The position numbers and the translations under genes were made by a program. This document shows, piece after piece, positions 1-8,929 of a DNA stretch of 64,000 bases. The stretch spans positions 17-64,016 of the forward strand of contig CAIQUS010000160.1 in the NCBI GenBank assembly GCA_903875045.1. The letters are read 5' to 3'. This DNA comes from an uncultured Bacteroidales bacterium (GTDB taxonomy: Bacteria > Bacteroidota > Bacteroidia > Bacteroidales > FEN-979). The notes beneath the pieces are model-generated. The model was not told the DNA's origin, made no database searches, and was given only the letters and a program-made list of their open reading frames with translations. The first letter of the stretch is position 1. Every line of letters starts with the position of its first letter.

Positions 1-118
1 AAAATACGGTTGATATCGTCTAGATGGCGAATAAAAACAGGACAACAAGCCTGAAAATTGTTAATAACCCTTGGATTTAAAAAACAGGGGGTGAATAGTT
101 ACGGCTGTTTTAGAATTG

Positions 119-126
119 TATATTTG
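119..126 (+). promoter_or_regulatory. Candidate Bacteroidota -7 promoter box TATATTTG (TAnnTTTG) embedded in inverted repeat ATTGTATA-tttg-TATACAAT (115..134)
   Basis: Exact match to the TAnnTTTG consensus about 74 nt upstream of the ATG at 200. The 8-bp arms were read directly from the sequence. Confidence 0.3.
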
Positions 127-199
127 TATACAATCTAAATAAAAATAACGCGGTTACCGAAAAGCGAACAGAGTAGGTATTAAAAATGGAGGCTTTAAC

Positions 200-2440
200 A
201 TGAATTATTCGTTAAAAGGAAATCTCAGGGGTTTTTATTGCGGGGATTATTCTGACTTTCTCCGGCATGTAAAAATCCGGGCATATACTGTTGATGCGGG
301 GGCAAACCTTGCAGCATTGGCAGTGTCACGCGAAAAAGAATCATTTCATCAACGAACACCGGATGAATTGAAATCACTTTCGAACCGGCTATTGGTTGAA
401 ACTATCACCGATGAATCCGGGAATTTCACCCTCGAATTTTCGGACAAGGTTAAATATGAAGGAGGTGCATTCGATATTGATTTTGAAATCGGCACAGATT
501 GGGCGAAGACGCTTCTTGGGCCTGACAGAAAATCGCCGAAAACAACAGGTCCGTTTCAATTTCACATCACTACGCTGCAGCCACTTTGGAAAACGAGTCA
601 AAAAAACGAAAACGACAGAAGGCTTTCAGCTTATTGGGAATATGCGATTTCCAATAAATTCTGGTGCTGGATACTTAAACTTTTCGGACTCTATGTCATT
701 TGCGGAAAAGTAAAGGATTGCAAAAATGATACTGCCGTTTCCGGTGTTAAAGTTTTTGCTTATGATGTAGACCTTATTCAGGATGATTACCTGGGATTTG
801 GCGTCACCGATACGGAGGGAAATGTTAAAATTTATTACTCGGAAGCCGATTTCAGTAAAACAATATTCAACTGGCTCAATGTGGAGTGGCCTGCCGGTCC
901 GGATTTATATTTCAGGATCGAAGCAGGTGATGGCACCGTCTTACTCAATGAAAATCGTCAGCGCGGTCATGATCGCGATCGTACAAATGCGTCGAATTGT
1001 TTCTGCATCGATTTCTGTGTCGAATGTCCGAAAGGTTCATTGGTTTGCGGACTCACTGACCCGACCGGTTGTATCAACAGCAATATGAAACTTCTGGATG
1101 ACAAATATATAGCCATCATTGGAACGGCCAGTGGTTGTGGAATGTCAAAGTATGACATCCAACTTCTTTGGAATGGCACCGATGATGTTTCTTCCGGTGC
1201 AATTGTTTATTCAAACAACAGTGGTAATCCTGATCCGGCCCTGTCGCATGGAGCACATGGTGTGATGAATGCAAACCTGGGATTTATCAATCTGAAGAAA
1301 GCCATTGAAAATGCCGGCAGTAACCTGATTACTGCGGCTACATTTGTTGTAAAACTAACTGTTCACAGTGCAAATGGAAGTGTTTGTACTGCATCTATCT
1401 CTTTCTCAATCGATGTGGGCGAAGTATATATTAAAAGCGTCGGCGGACGCATTGCCCATGATGTGACCGATCCGGATGAACAGCTTAGGGTAGCTGATGC
1501 TGCCGGGGCCGACCTGGGGGCAATTGGAGGATACGCAGGTATTTGGGGTGCAGCAAGAGTATACGGATGTGCAAATCAAAAGATCAGCAATTATGGGATT
1601 TACGCGATCAAAGATAATTTTGCATCCGTACAACCCGACAACGGAACTGCCTTCGATCCATTGCTGAATGGTTATGCGGCCATTTGTTATGTCGATTATA
1701 ATGCAGGGTTTGGCACTTTTACGCCCGACCAGCTCCGGCAATGGAATATTCTCAAAGGGCCGGGTTCATTGATCTCCAACAACGGTTTTTATCCTTACGA
1801 TAATGTTCTGACCATACCCTGGATGGGAGGTTCATTAACCATCCATGTTCCAGAAGCACTGGTTGCCGGCATGTATTGGCCTACTGCCGCAAGCGGGAAA
1901 TATACCCTGCTGCTGAAGGTTGTGGATACACTGGGTTATACATATTATGATACCCAGCGTGTTTGGGTTGATAATGAACCCATTGCAGCCGTAATCACTG
2001 ATATCGGCAACCTGCCGCCATGCGCTGATCTTTATACCAAAGATGTAGATGGCGCGTTTAAAGTGGTAAATATCAATGGAACAGCATTCGATCCATTGAT
2101 CATAGCAGGTGACCTCACCAATCCGAGCGATAATTTCAACCAATACAGGATTACGATTCAAAAGCAAGGGTCGCCGCCCGAGGAGATTTACAATTCATCC
2201 ACTCCGGTTCCGGCCAGGTCAGGACCAGCGTCCACCAACCTGTTTAGTTTCGATCTCACCTGGTTAAATACAACGGCGCATACGCCCGGCGTTCATGACA
2301 ATAAACTCCTACCGGGAGAATCATGTGCATTTGTATTCCGGCTCTGGGTATCTGATAAAACAATGTTGAACAATGCTACCGACGTTCATCATTTAGAATA
2401 TGACTTCCCGGTGAAGATCATTAACAGCAATCAACCGTAG
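200..2440 (+). CDS. Hypothetical 746-aa protein with two transthyretin/carboxypeptidase-regulatory-like beta-sandwich segments
   Basis: Long ORF with an ATG start and no signal peptide or TM segment at the N-terminus. Segments GNLRGFY..VKIRAY..DESGNFTLEF and ICGKVKD..GVKVFAYD..TDTEGNVKIYY resemble CarboxypepD_reg-type folds. No catalytic motif recognised. Confidence 0.6.
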   Translation: MNYSLKGNLRGFYCGDYSDFLRHVKIRAYTVDAGANLAALAVSREKESFHQRTPDELKSLSNRLLVETITDESGNFTLEFSDKVKYEGGAFDIDFEIGTDWAKTLLGPDRKSPKTTGPFQFHITTLQPLWKTSQKNENDRRLSAYWEYAISNKFWCWILKLFGLYVICGKVKDCKNDTAVSGVKVFAYDVDLIQDDYLGFGVTDTEGNVKIYYSEADFSKTIFNWLNVEWPAGPDLYFRIEAGDGTVLLNENRQRGHDRDRTNASNCFCIDFCVECPKGSLVCGLTDPTGCINSNMKLLDDKYIAIIGTASGCGMSKYDIQLLWNGTDDVSSGAIVYSNNSGNPDPALSHGAHGVMNANLGFINLKKAIENAGSNLITAATFVVKLTVHSANGSVCTASISFSIDVGEVYIKSVGGRIAHDVTDPDEQLRVADAAGADLGAIGGYAGIWGAARVYGCANQKISNYGIYAIKDNFASVQPDNGTAFDPLLNGYAAICYVDYNAGFGTFTPDQLRQWNILKGPGSLISNNGFYPYDNVLTIPWMGGSLTIHVPEALVAGMYWPTAASGKYTLLLKVVDTLGYTYYDTQRVWVDNEPIAAVITDIGNLPPCADLYTKDVDGAFKVVNINGTAFDPLIIAGDLTNPSDNFNQYRITIQKQGSPPEEIYNSSTPVPARSGPASTNLFSFDLTWLNTTAHTPGVHDNKLLPGESCAFVFRLWVSDKTMLNNATDVHHLEYDFPVKIINSNQP

Positions 2441-2469
2441 GTTTGCCGGCGGCTGCCTGAGGTTTTTTA

Positions 2470-2504
2470 AAAAGGCATATCTTCACCCCGAAGATGTGCC
2501 TTTT
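2470..2504. terminator. Bidirectional rho-independent-type hairpin between convergent genes
   Basis: AAAGGCATATCTTC-acccc-GAAGATGTGCCTTT forms a 13-14 bp stem with one mismatch. It is flanked by A-run/T-run and sits between the stop at 2440 (+) and the stop at 2539 (-). Confidence 0.6.
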
Positions 2505-2538
2505 GCTATTAAAACCGCCTCACACCTGGTTAAAACGT

Positions 2539-3063
2539 TTAAATGTCCTCCTTGTCGTACCATCCGGCGTACATGTTGTAATTTCGTGAAATCCGGTTCA
2601 CCTGACCTTCCAGTAAAGATTGATCGATATCTTTTATTTTTCGGGCCGGCAGGCCAGCCCAGACAGAACCAGATTCAACGACTGTGCCTTCGGTAATCAG
2701 CGCCCCTGCACCCACAATCGAATTACTGTGGATCACAGCTCCGTCCATCACAATGGCACCCATGCCGATCAGTACATTGTCGTGGATGGTACAACCGTGG
2801 ATGATGGCATTGTGCGCAATGGAAACATTATTCCCGATGTTTACCGGGGCTTTTTGATAGGTACAGTGGATGATCGCGCCATCCTGGATGTTCACATTGT
2901 TGCCGATGCGGATGGAATGTACATCCCCGCGTACTACCGCATTGAACCATACGCTGCAGTTGTCACCCATCACCACATCGCCGGTAAGGGTGGCGTTGTC
3001 GGCAAGAAAACAATTCGCGCCCATTTTAGGCAGGATGCCTTTTACTGATTTAATTAAAGCCAT
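2539..3063 (-). CDS. Gamma-carbonic-anhydrase-family / left-handed beta-helix (hexapeptide repeat) protein
   Basis: 174 aa with repeated hexapeptide pattern (GDNCSVWFNAVVRGD, IGNNVNIQDGAIIH, IGNNVSIAHNAIIHG, VLIGMGAIVMDG) typical of the YrdA/PaaY-like family. Confidence 0.85.
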   Translation of the reverse strand: MALIKSVKGILPKMGANCFLADNATLTGDVVMGDNCSVWFNAVVRGDVHSIRIGNNVNIQDGAIIHCTYQKAPVNIGNNVSIAHNAIIHGCTIHDNVLIGMGAIVMDGAVIHSNSIVGAGALITEGTVVESGSVWAGLPARKIKDIDQSLLEGQVNRISRNYNMYAGWYDKEDI

Positions 3064-3088
3064 TGTTCATGTGGTTTAATGGTGAATG

Positions 3089-4660
3089 TCACCGGGGGCT
3101 TGTTCTGGGATAATCAAGCGAATAATGCAATCCCCTGCTCTCCTGTCGGCGGTGAGCGGCTTTGATGATAAGGTAGCCGATGTTGATCAGGTTACGCAAT
3201 TCGCAAAGCCGGGGGGTGAGAATTGACTTGCTGTAAAGGTCTTCCGATTCGCGGTAAAGCAGTTCAAGCCGGTCGAATGCACGTTGCAAACGGAGGTTTG
3301 ACCGAACAATGCCAACATAACTGCTCATGATGGACTGAAGTTCTTTCAACGACTGGGTAATCAGTACCATCTCCTCATTGAGTACCATGCCCTCTGCATT
3401 CCAGTCGGGAACTTCATTGCAGAAAGCAATATTTTTAAACTGAGAGATGGCTTCAGCGCTGGCCCTGTGAGAGAATACGAGTGATTCGAGCAGGGAGTTT
3501 GAGGCAAGCCGGTTGGCACCGTGCAAACCTGTTGAAGAGCATTCACCGGAGGCATAGAGGTTCAGGATGGAACTACGCCCGAACTCATCCACTTTTATGC
3601 CTCCACAGGTATAATGTGCAGCGGGAACGACCGGGATCATATCTTTGCTGATGTCAACGCCGATGGAAAGGCATTTGGCATAAATGGTCGGGAAGTGGTT
3701 GATGAGTTCGTTTTTGTTCAGGTGCCTGCAATCGAGGAAAAGGTAGTCTTCGCCGCTTAGCTTCAGCTCATTGTCAATGGCCCGTGCAACGATGTCGCGG
3801 GGGGCCAGCGAAAGTCGGGGGTCGTACTTATGCATAAACTCCTTCCCGTCGCGTGTTTTCAACATGGCACCAAAACCACGCATGGCTTCTGTGATCAGAA
3901 AGGCAGGTTTTTCCTCCGGATGATAAAGTGCTGTCGGGTGAAACTGGATAAATTCCATGTTCTCTACGGCTCCCTTTGCGCGGTAGACCATTGCGATGCC
4001 ATCGCCGGTTGAGATGAGCGGATTGGTGGTGTTGTTATAAACGTTTCCGGCACCTCCTGTGGCGATCAGTGTAACTTTCGATAAAATGGTATCGACCAGC
4101 CGGGTTCTTGGGTTCATTACAAAGGCGCCAAAACAGGTTATTCCTTCGGTTCGGCTGTTCACCTCTACCCCGAGATGGTGCTGTGTGATAATGTCGATGG
4201 TGAAATGATTCTCAAGGATCTCAATGTTAGGGTGTTTCTTCACCTGTTCGAGCAACTTGTTTTCTATTTCCCGTCCGGTACTGTCTTTGTGATGCAATAC
4301 CCGGTATTCTGAATGTCCGCCCTCCTTGGCAAGATCGTAACGTCCGGTGATGGTCTTATCGAATTTGGTGCCCCATTTAATCAGCTCCCTGATCCGTTCA
4401 GTTGATTCATTGATGGTAAACCTTACAACATCTTCATTGCACAATCCATCACCTGCAATGATGGTATCCTGGATATGTTTCTCAAATGAATCCGGAGTAT
4501 ACATTACGGCGGCGATGCCCCCCTGGGCCCAGCTGGTGGCGGTATCGTCCATTTTAGATTTCGTGACGATGCATACTTTTCCATGTTTTGCCACTTTTAT
4601 GGCAAAAGTAAGTCCGGCAATACCTGATCCAATGACCAGGAAATCAACATTTTTTCTCAT
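3089..4660 (-). CDS. nadB: L-aspartate oxidase
   Basis: 523 aa. N-terminal FAD fold DFLVIGSGIAGL, then SWAQGGIAAV, HYTCGGI and GANRLASNSLLE, matching the fumarate reductase/succinate dehydrogenase flavoprotein family at NadB length. Confidence 0.9.
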   Translation of the reverse strand: MRKNVDFLVIGSGIAGLTFAIKVAKHGKVCIVTKSKMDDTATSWAQGGIAAVMYTPDSFEKHIQDTIIAGDGLCNEDVVRFTINESTERIRELIKWGTKFDKTITGRYDLAKEGGHSEYRVLHHKDSTGREIENKLLEQVKKHPNIEILENHFTIDIITQHHLGVEVNSRTEGITCFGAFVMNPRTRLVDTILSKVTLIATGGAGNVYNNTTNPLISTGDGIAMVYRAKGAVENMEFIQFHPTALYHPEEKPAFLITEAMRGFGAMLKTRDGKEFMHKYDPRLSLAPRDIVARAIDNELKLSGEDYLFLDCRHLNKNELINHFPTIYAKCLSIGVDISKDMIPVVPAAHYTCGGIKVDEFGRSSILNLYASGECSSTGLHGANRLASNSLLESLVFSHRASAEAISQFKNIAFCNEVPDWNAEGMVLNEEMVLITQSLKELQSIMSSYVGIVRSNLRLQRAFDRLELLYRESEDLYSKSILTPRLCELRNLINIGYLIIKAAHRRQESRGLHYSLDYPRTSPR

Positions 4661-4669
4661 GATGGAATT

Positions 4670-5932
4670 TTACAGGTCGAGCAATAATTTGATAGGATCC
4701 AATCCTTCGGTAAGCATTTTAGCTGGATCCTCAACCAGTTCCTTTACTTTGACAAGGAAACTGACCGATTCGCGACCATCAATCACCCGGTGGTCATACG
4801 AAAGCGCTACGTACATCATGGGGGCAATGACTACCTGGCCATTAACCGCGATGGGCCGTTCCTGTATCTTGTGCATGCCAAGTATGGCGCTTTGCGGAGG
4901 ATTTAAAATAGGGGTCGACATCATGGAACCGAACACACCGCCGTTGGTGATGGTAAATGTGCCACCTTTCATATCGTCGATGGAAATTTTATTGTCGCGG
5001 GCTTTACCTGCAAGCTCTTTGATTTTCAACTCAATTTCAGCAATGCTCATCATCTCGGCATTGCGCAACACCGGTACAACAAGTCCCTTTGGAGCGCTTA
5101 CGGCAATGCCTATGTCAGCATACCTGGGGATAATCAAATCCTCTCCGTCGAGAAAAGAGTTGACTTGCGGAAATTCTTTAAGGGCAATGGTCACAGCCTT
5201 GGTGAAAAATGACATCAGTCCGACGCCAACGCCAAACCTTTCTTTGAAAGCAGTGCTGTATTTGTCCTTTATTTTCAGTGCAGACTGCATATTGATCTCA
5301 TTGAAAGTGGTCAGCATGGCAGTTTGGTTCTTCACCGAAACCAGTCGTTCTGCGAGTTTCAACCTCAAGGTGGTCATTTTTTTTCGGTCCACCTCCCTGG
5401 TTCCGGCAAATGAAACGGTTGTTGTTGCCTCCTTTTTCCGGTTGATAAAAGATTCAATGTCCTTTCGGGTTATTTTTTTCCCGGGAAATGCCAGGGTCAG
5501 ATCGCCCGGACTAACCTGTTTTTCTTCGGCAATTTTCCGTGCGAGGGGAGAGGCGTGGAGGCTGGCAGAAGAGTGGGCAAGTGGACTGGTGGGCAAGTGG
5601 GCAGGTGGGGGAGTGGCCGGATTTTGGAGGGAAGCATCCACTGGTTCCTGGGATTTGGGATTTGAGATTTGGGATTTGGGATTTGGGCCTTTCCCGGTTT
5701 GCGGGGTAATTACGGCTATAACCGCACCAACCGCCACGGTTTCACCCTCTGTTGCCATGATTTTGATTACACCGTCTTCGGGAGTGGTTACCGGGAAAGA
5801 GGCTTTGTCGGAATCGATTTCAACGATTTCCTGGTCTTTTTCAACAGTTTCACCATCAGCTACCAGCCATTTTGCCAGTTGCACCTGGGTAATGGATTCG
5901 CCTGGACTTGGAACTTTTATTTCAATTGCCAT
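4670..5932 (-). CDS. sucB: Dihydrolipoyllysine-residue succinyltransferase, E2 of 2-oxoglutarate dehydrogenase
   Basis: Lipoyl domain with the EIDSDKAS lipoyl-lysine motif, a Pro/Ala/Ser linker, the E3-binding segment [10 protein letters not shown], and a catalytic C-terminus with [10 protein letters not shown]. Lies directly downstream of sucA. Confidence 0.9.
   Translation of the reverse strand: MAIEIKVPSPGESITQVQLAKWLVADGETVEKDQEIVEIDSDKASFPVTTPEDGVIKIMATEGETVAVGAVIAVITPQTGKGPNPKSQISNPKSQEPVDASLQNPATPPPAHLPTSPLAHSSASLHASPLARKIAEEKQVSPGDLTLAFPGKKITRKDIESFINRKKEATTTVSFAGTREVDRKKMTTLRLKLAERLVSVKNQTAMLTTFNEINMQSALKIKDKYSTAFKERFGVGVGLMSFFTKAVTIALKEFPQVNSFLDGEDLIIPRYADIGIAVSAPKGLVVPVLRNAEMMSIAEIELKIKELAGKARDNKISIDDMKGGTFTITNGGVFGSMMSTPILNPPQSAILGMHKIQERPIAVNGQVVIAPMMYVALSYDHRVIDGRESVSFLVKVKELVEDPAKMLTEGLDPIKLLLDL
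5572..5619. repeat. Six tandem 8-nt units (RGTGGNNN) inside the sucB linker-coding region
   Basis: Plus-strand reading is agtgggca agtggact ggtgggca agtgggca ggtggggg agtggccg. It encodes part of [16 protein letters not shown] on the minus strand and belongs to the same word family as the intergenic array at 53010..53065. Confidence 0.85.
5650..5687. repeat. Five tandem 7-nt units (GGGATTT) inside the sucB linker-coding region
   Basis: gggattt gggattt gagattt gggattt gggattt ggg. The minus strand AAATCCC units encode [13 protein letters not shown], the same word as in the intergenic array at 37068..37102. Confidence 0.9.
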
Positions 5933-5980
5933 TGGCCTTTATTATTATTAAAATTATAAAGAAACTATGAATAATCTTTG

Positions 5981-8776
5981 TTAAACAATCTGAAACTCAT
6001 GTTCGGCGCAATGCAGTCTGCACGAGCCGTTTGCATGTTCGCAGGTGCATTTTCCCAGCGCCTTTTCCACGATGAGTTTTTGCTGGATCTTATGGAGGCG
6101 TGAGGAACCTGTTGCCGGGCTGCCACTGGCCGGCCGGGCAGTGTGATGCAGGAATGGCATGGCAAAGTGCTGGTCAAAAACCATATTCTGCGTGATAAAT
6201 TTCCATGCGCCCATGTTCACAGGTTCTTCCTGTACCCATTCCCAGTGTTTGGTGTGGGAATATTTGGCGAAAATCTGTTGAAGTTGCTGCAAGGGAAGTG
6301 GATAAAGCTGTTCAAGCCGGATAATGGCTACATCTTCCTTTTGCTGCTTCTCCCTCTCTTCCAGAATGTCGTAATAAACCTTGCCTGAACAAAGTACCAC
6401 CCGTTGGATCTTTGAAGGGTCAACCGTTGCATCATCAATAACTTCGTGAAATCCGCCGGTGGTAAACTCTTCAACTGATGAAACACAACGTGGATGGCGG
6501 AGCAGGCTTTTGGGGGTAAATACCACAAGCGGTTTACGGAATGGCCAGTAGAGCTGTCGGCGCAATACATGAAAAAAATTGGCCGGGGTGGAACAGTTCA
6601 CGATCTGCATATTGTGATGGCCGCACAAAGAAAGAAATCGTTCAATCCTTGCCGAAGAGTGCTCCGGTCCCTGGCCTTCATAACCATGGGGCAACAGCAA
6701 TACAGCACCATTCATCACTTTCCATTTGTCTTCTGCACTGCTGATATACTGATCGATCACAATCTGGGCCCCATTGTTGAAGTCACCAAACTGCGCTTCC
6801 CAAACTGTTAAAGCGTTGGGGGTGGAATAGGCATAGCCATATTCAAAGCCAAGCACGCCATATTCCGATAACAGTGAATTGTAAATGCTCAGTTTAGCCT
6901 GGCTTGCTGAAATATGTTCCAGCGGGATGAATTTCTCCTCCGAATCTTCTACCGTGAGCACGGCATGGCGGTGGCTGAAAGTGCCGCGCTGCACATCCTG
7001 TCCGCTCAGCCTTACCGGATGGCCTTCTGTGAGGAGGGAACCGTAGGCGATCAGTTCGCCCATGGCCCAGTCAAGTTTGTCAGCTTCGAGCATGGCTTTC
7101 CGGTCATCCTGCATTTTGATGATTTTCCGGAAAAATATTTTCCCTTCTGGCAATGCAGTTAGTTTACGGGCAATTTCACGCAAGGTCGATTCTGAAATGG
7201 CCGTTACGGGGGAAGTTTGAAAATCGGCAGGAGTGGCTTTTCGCAAACCGTCCCATTGTTTTCCAAGGAAGGATGAAATGTCGCCCTTGATGATGGTTTT
7301 CGCTTCATCGAAGCCATAATCAAGTTTGGTGTTGATTTCAGATTTAATTCCTGCAACATCAATGGATGAAAGTGTGGCTTCCTCTTCAAGCTTTTTCAGG
7401 TAGATCTCCAGCGGATCAGGGTGTTGCTCGATTATTTTATAAAGGATTGGCTGGGTAAACCGGGGTTCGTCACTTTCGTTATGCCCGTATTTTCTGTATC
7501 CGAGGAGGTCGATGAAAATATCTTTATGAAATTTAGCCCTGAATTCCATGGCAAGCCTGACAGTGTATACCACTGCCTCGACATCATCGGCATTCACATG
7601 GAAAATGGGTGACTGAATGGTCTTTGCCACATCGGTGCAATACACACTCGACCGGCCATCGAGGTAATTGGTGGTAAACCCGATCTGGTTGTTTACCACC
7701 AGATGAATGGTCCCTCCTGTCTTGTAACCTTCCAGATCGGCCATCTGGATAAGTTCATAGATAATGCCCTGCCCCGAAATGGAGGCATCACCATGGATGA
7801 GGATCGCAGCAACTTTGTCATTGTTCCCGCCATGGGCATGGTCAATTTTGGCCCTGGAAATGCCTTCAACCACCGGATCAACGGTTTCGAGATGTGATGG
7901 ATTGGGAGCCAGGGTGAGATGTACTTTTTTCCCGGTATGTGAAATGATCTCATTTGAGTACCCCAGGTGGTATTTCACATCGCCAAGCAGGTCATCATCC
8001 TCATACTCTTTCCCTTCAAATTCAGAGAAAATTTGTGTGAAAGGTTTGTGCATGATGTTCCCAAGTACGTTCAACCGTCCGCGATGGGCCATGCCAAGCA
8101 CAAACTCATCGATGCCAAGGTCGGCACCTTGTTGGATCACTGCTTCCAGTGCCGGGATCAGCGATTCAACTCCTTCAAGTGAAAAGCTTTTCTGCCCCGG
8201 GAATTTCTTATGGATGAATTTTTCAAAGAGAACACCTTCGGCTAATTTACGGAGGATAATCGTTTTATCGTCGAGTGAAAAGGAAGGGGTGTTTTGCCGG
8301 GGCTCCATTTTCTCCTTAAACCATTCAACAATTTCCGGTCTCCTGATGTAGTGGTACTCAACCCCAACCGACTGACAATAGGTTTTTTGTAAATGGGAAA
8401 CGATTTCCGACAGTTTTGCACTTCCCAGGCCAAGCTCTTTTCCCGCCTGAAATGTTTTCTGCAAATCGTCCTGGGCAAGTCCGAAATTTTCAATATCCAG
8501 CGTGGGTGAATATTTACGGCGGGTTCGCACCGGATTGGTTTTGGTAAACAAGTGCCCCCTTGAACGGTATCCATTGATCAGGTTGATCACCTTAAATTCA
8601 TTGGGGACTACATACGCATTGCCCTGGTCGGTCTTGAAATTTGTCTGGCAAAATTCAAAACCTTCAAAAAACTTTTGCCAGCTCTCATCAACAGAGGCTG
8701 GATCCTGTTTGTATTCTTCGTATAACCCATCTATGACAGAGTGGTCGGGTTGATTCAAATAGTTGAATTTATCCAT
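5981..8776 (-). CDS. sucA: 2-oxoglutarate dehydrogenase E1 component
   Basis: 931 aa, colinear with SucA/OdhA: N-terminal YLNQPDHSVIDGLYEEYKQDP, RGHLFTKTNP, a TPP-binding region GDASISGQG, and HGYEGQGPEHSSARIERFL. Confidence 0.92.
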   Translation of the reverse strand: MDKFNYLNQPDHSVIDGLYEEYKQDPASVDESWQKFFEGFEFCQTNFKTDQGNAYVVPNEFKVINLINGYRSRGHLFTKTNPVRTRRKYSPTLDIENFGLAQDDLQKTFQAGKELGLGSAKLSEIVSHLQKTYCQSVGVEYHYIRRPEIVEWFKEKMEPRQNTPSFSLDDKTIILRKLAEGVLFEKFIHKKFPGQKSFSLEGVESLIPALEAVIQQGADLGIDEFVLGMAHRGRLNVLGNIMHKPFTQIFSEFEGKEYEDDDLLGDVKYHLGYSNEIISHTGKKVHLTLAPNPSHLETVDPVVEGISRAKIDHAHGGNNDKVAAILIHGDASISGQGIIYELIQMADLEGYKTGGTIHLVVNNQIGFTTNYLDGRSSVYCTDVAKTIQSPIFHVNADDVEAVVYTVRLAMEFRAKFHKDIFIDLLGYRKYGHNESDEPRFTQPILYKIIEQHPDPLEIYLKKLEEEATLSSIDVAGIKSEINTKLDYGFDEAKTIIKGDISSFLGKQWDGLRKATPADFQTSPVTAISESTLREIARKLTALPEGKIFFRKIIKMQDDRKAMLEADKLDWAMGELIAYGSLLTEGHPVRLSGQDVQRGTFSHRHAVLTVEDSEEKFIPLEHISASQAKLSIYNSLLSEYGVLGFEYGYAYSTPNALTVWEAQFGDFNNGAQIVIDQYISSAEDKWKVMNGAVLLLPHGYEGQGPEHSSARIERFLSLCGHHNMQIVNCSTPANFFHVLRRQLYWPFRKPLVVFTPKSLLRHPRCVSSVEEFTTGGFHEVIDDATVDPSKIQRVVLCSGKVYYDILEEREKQQKEDVAIIRLEQLYPLPLQQLQQIFAKYSHTKHWEWVQEEPVNMGAWKFITQNMVFDQHFAMPFLHHTARPASGSPATGSSRLHKIQQKLIVEKALGKCTCEHANGSCRLHCAEHEFQIV

Positions 8777-8800
8777 TTCCTGGGATTATCATTTCAGCGT

Positions 8801-8808
8801 CAAATATA
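8801..8808 (-). promoter_or_regulatory. Candidate -7 box TATATTTG for sucA-sucB(-nadB)
   Basis: The plus-strand text caaatata is TATATTTG on the minus strand, 25 nt upstream of the sucA ATG (8776). Confidence 0.35.
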
Positions 8809-8864
8809 CTCATAATTGAATAATTGAGAATGTGATGCAATAGAGAAACCGTTTAAATTATCTG

Positions 8865-8872
8865 TATTTTTG
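8865..8872 (+). promoter_or_regulatory. Candidate -7 box TATTTTTG for the M20 peptidase gene
   Basis: Matches TAnnTTTG 58 nt upstream of the ATG at 8930. Confidence 0.3.
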
Positions 8873-8929
8873 CACCAAAGTTGGATGTTAATTTCATTAC
8901 ATAAATTATTCACTCGAAAAACTATACAC

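Noticed and set aside
4347-5951. 534-aa plus-strand ORF spanning the nadB/sucB region
   Set aside because: It is antisense to two genes with unmistakable family motifs. The translation is low-complexity (Ser/Leu/Thr-rich) with no motif, a typical shadow ORF. The same reasoning applies to 9161-10141, 7764-8351, 26084-26653, 34837-35352, 55860-56354, 50765-51088 and similar shadow ORFs.
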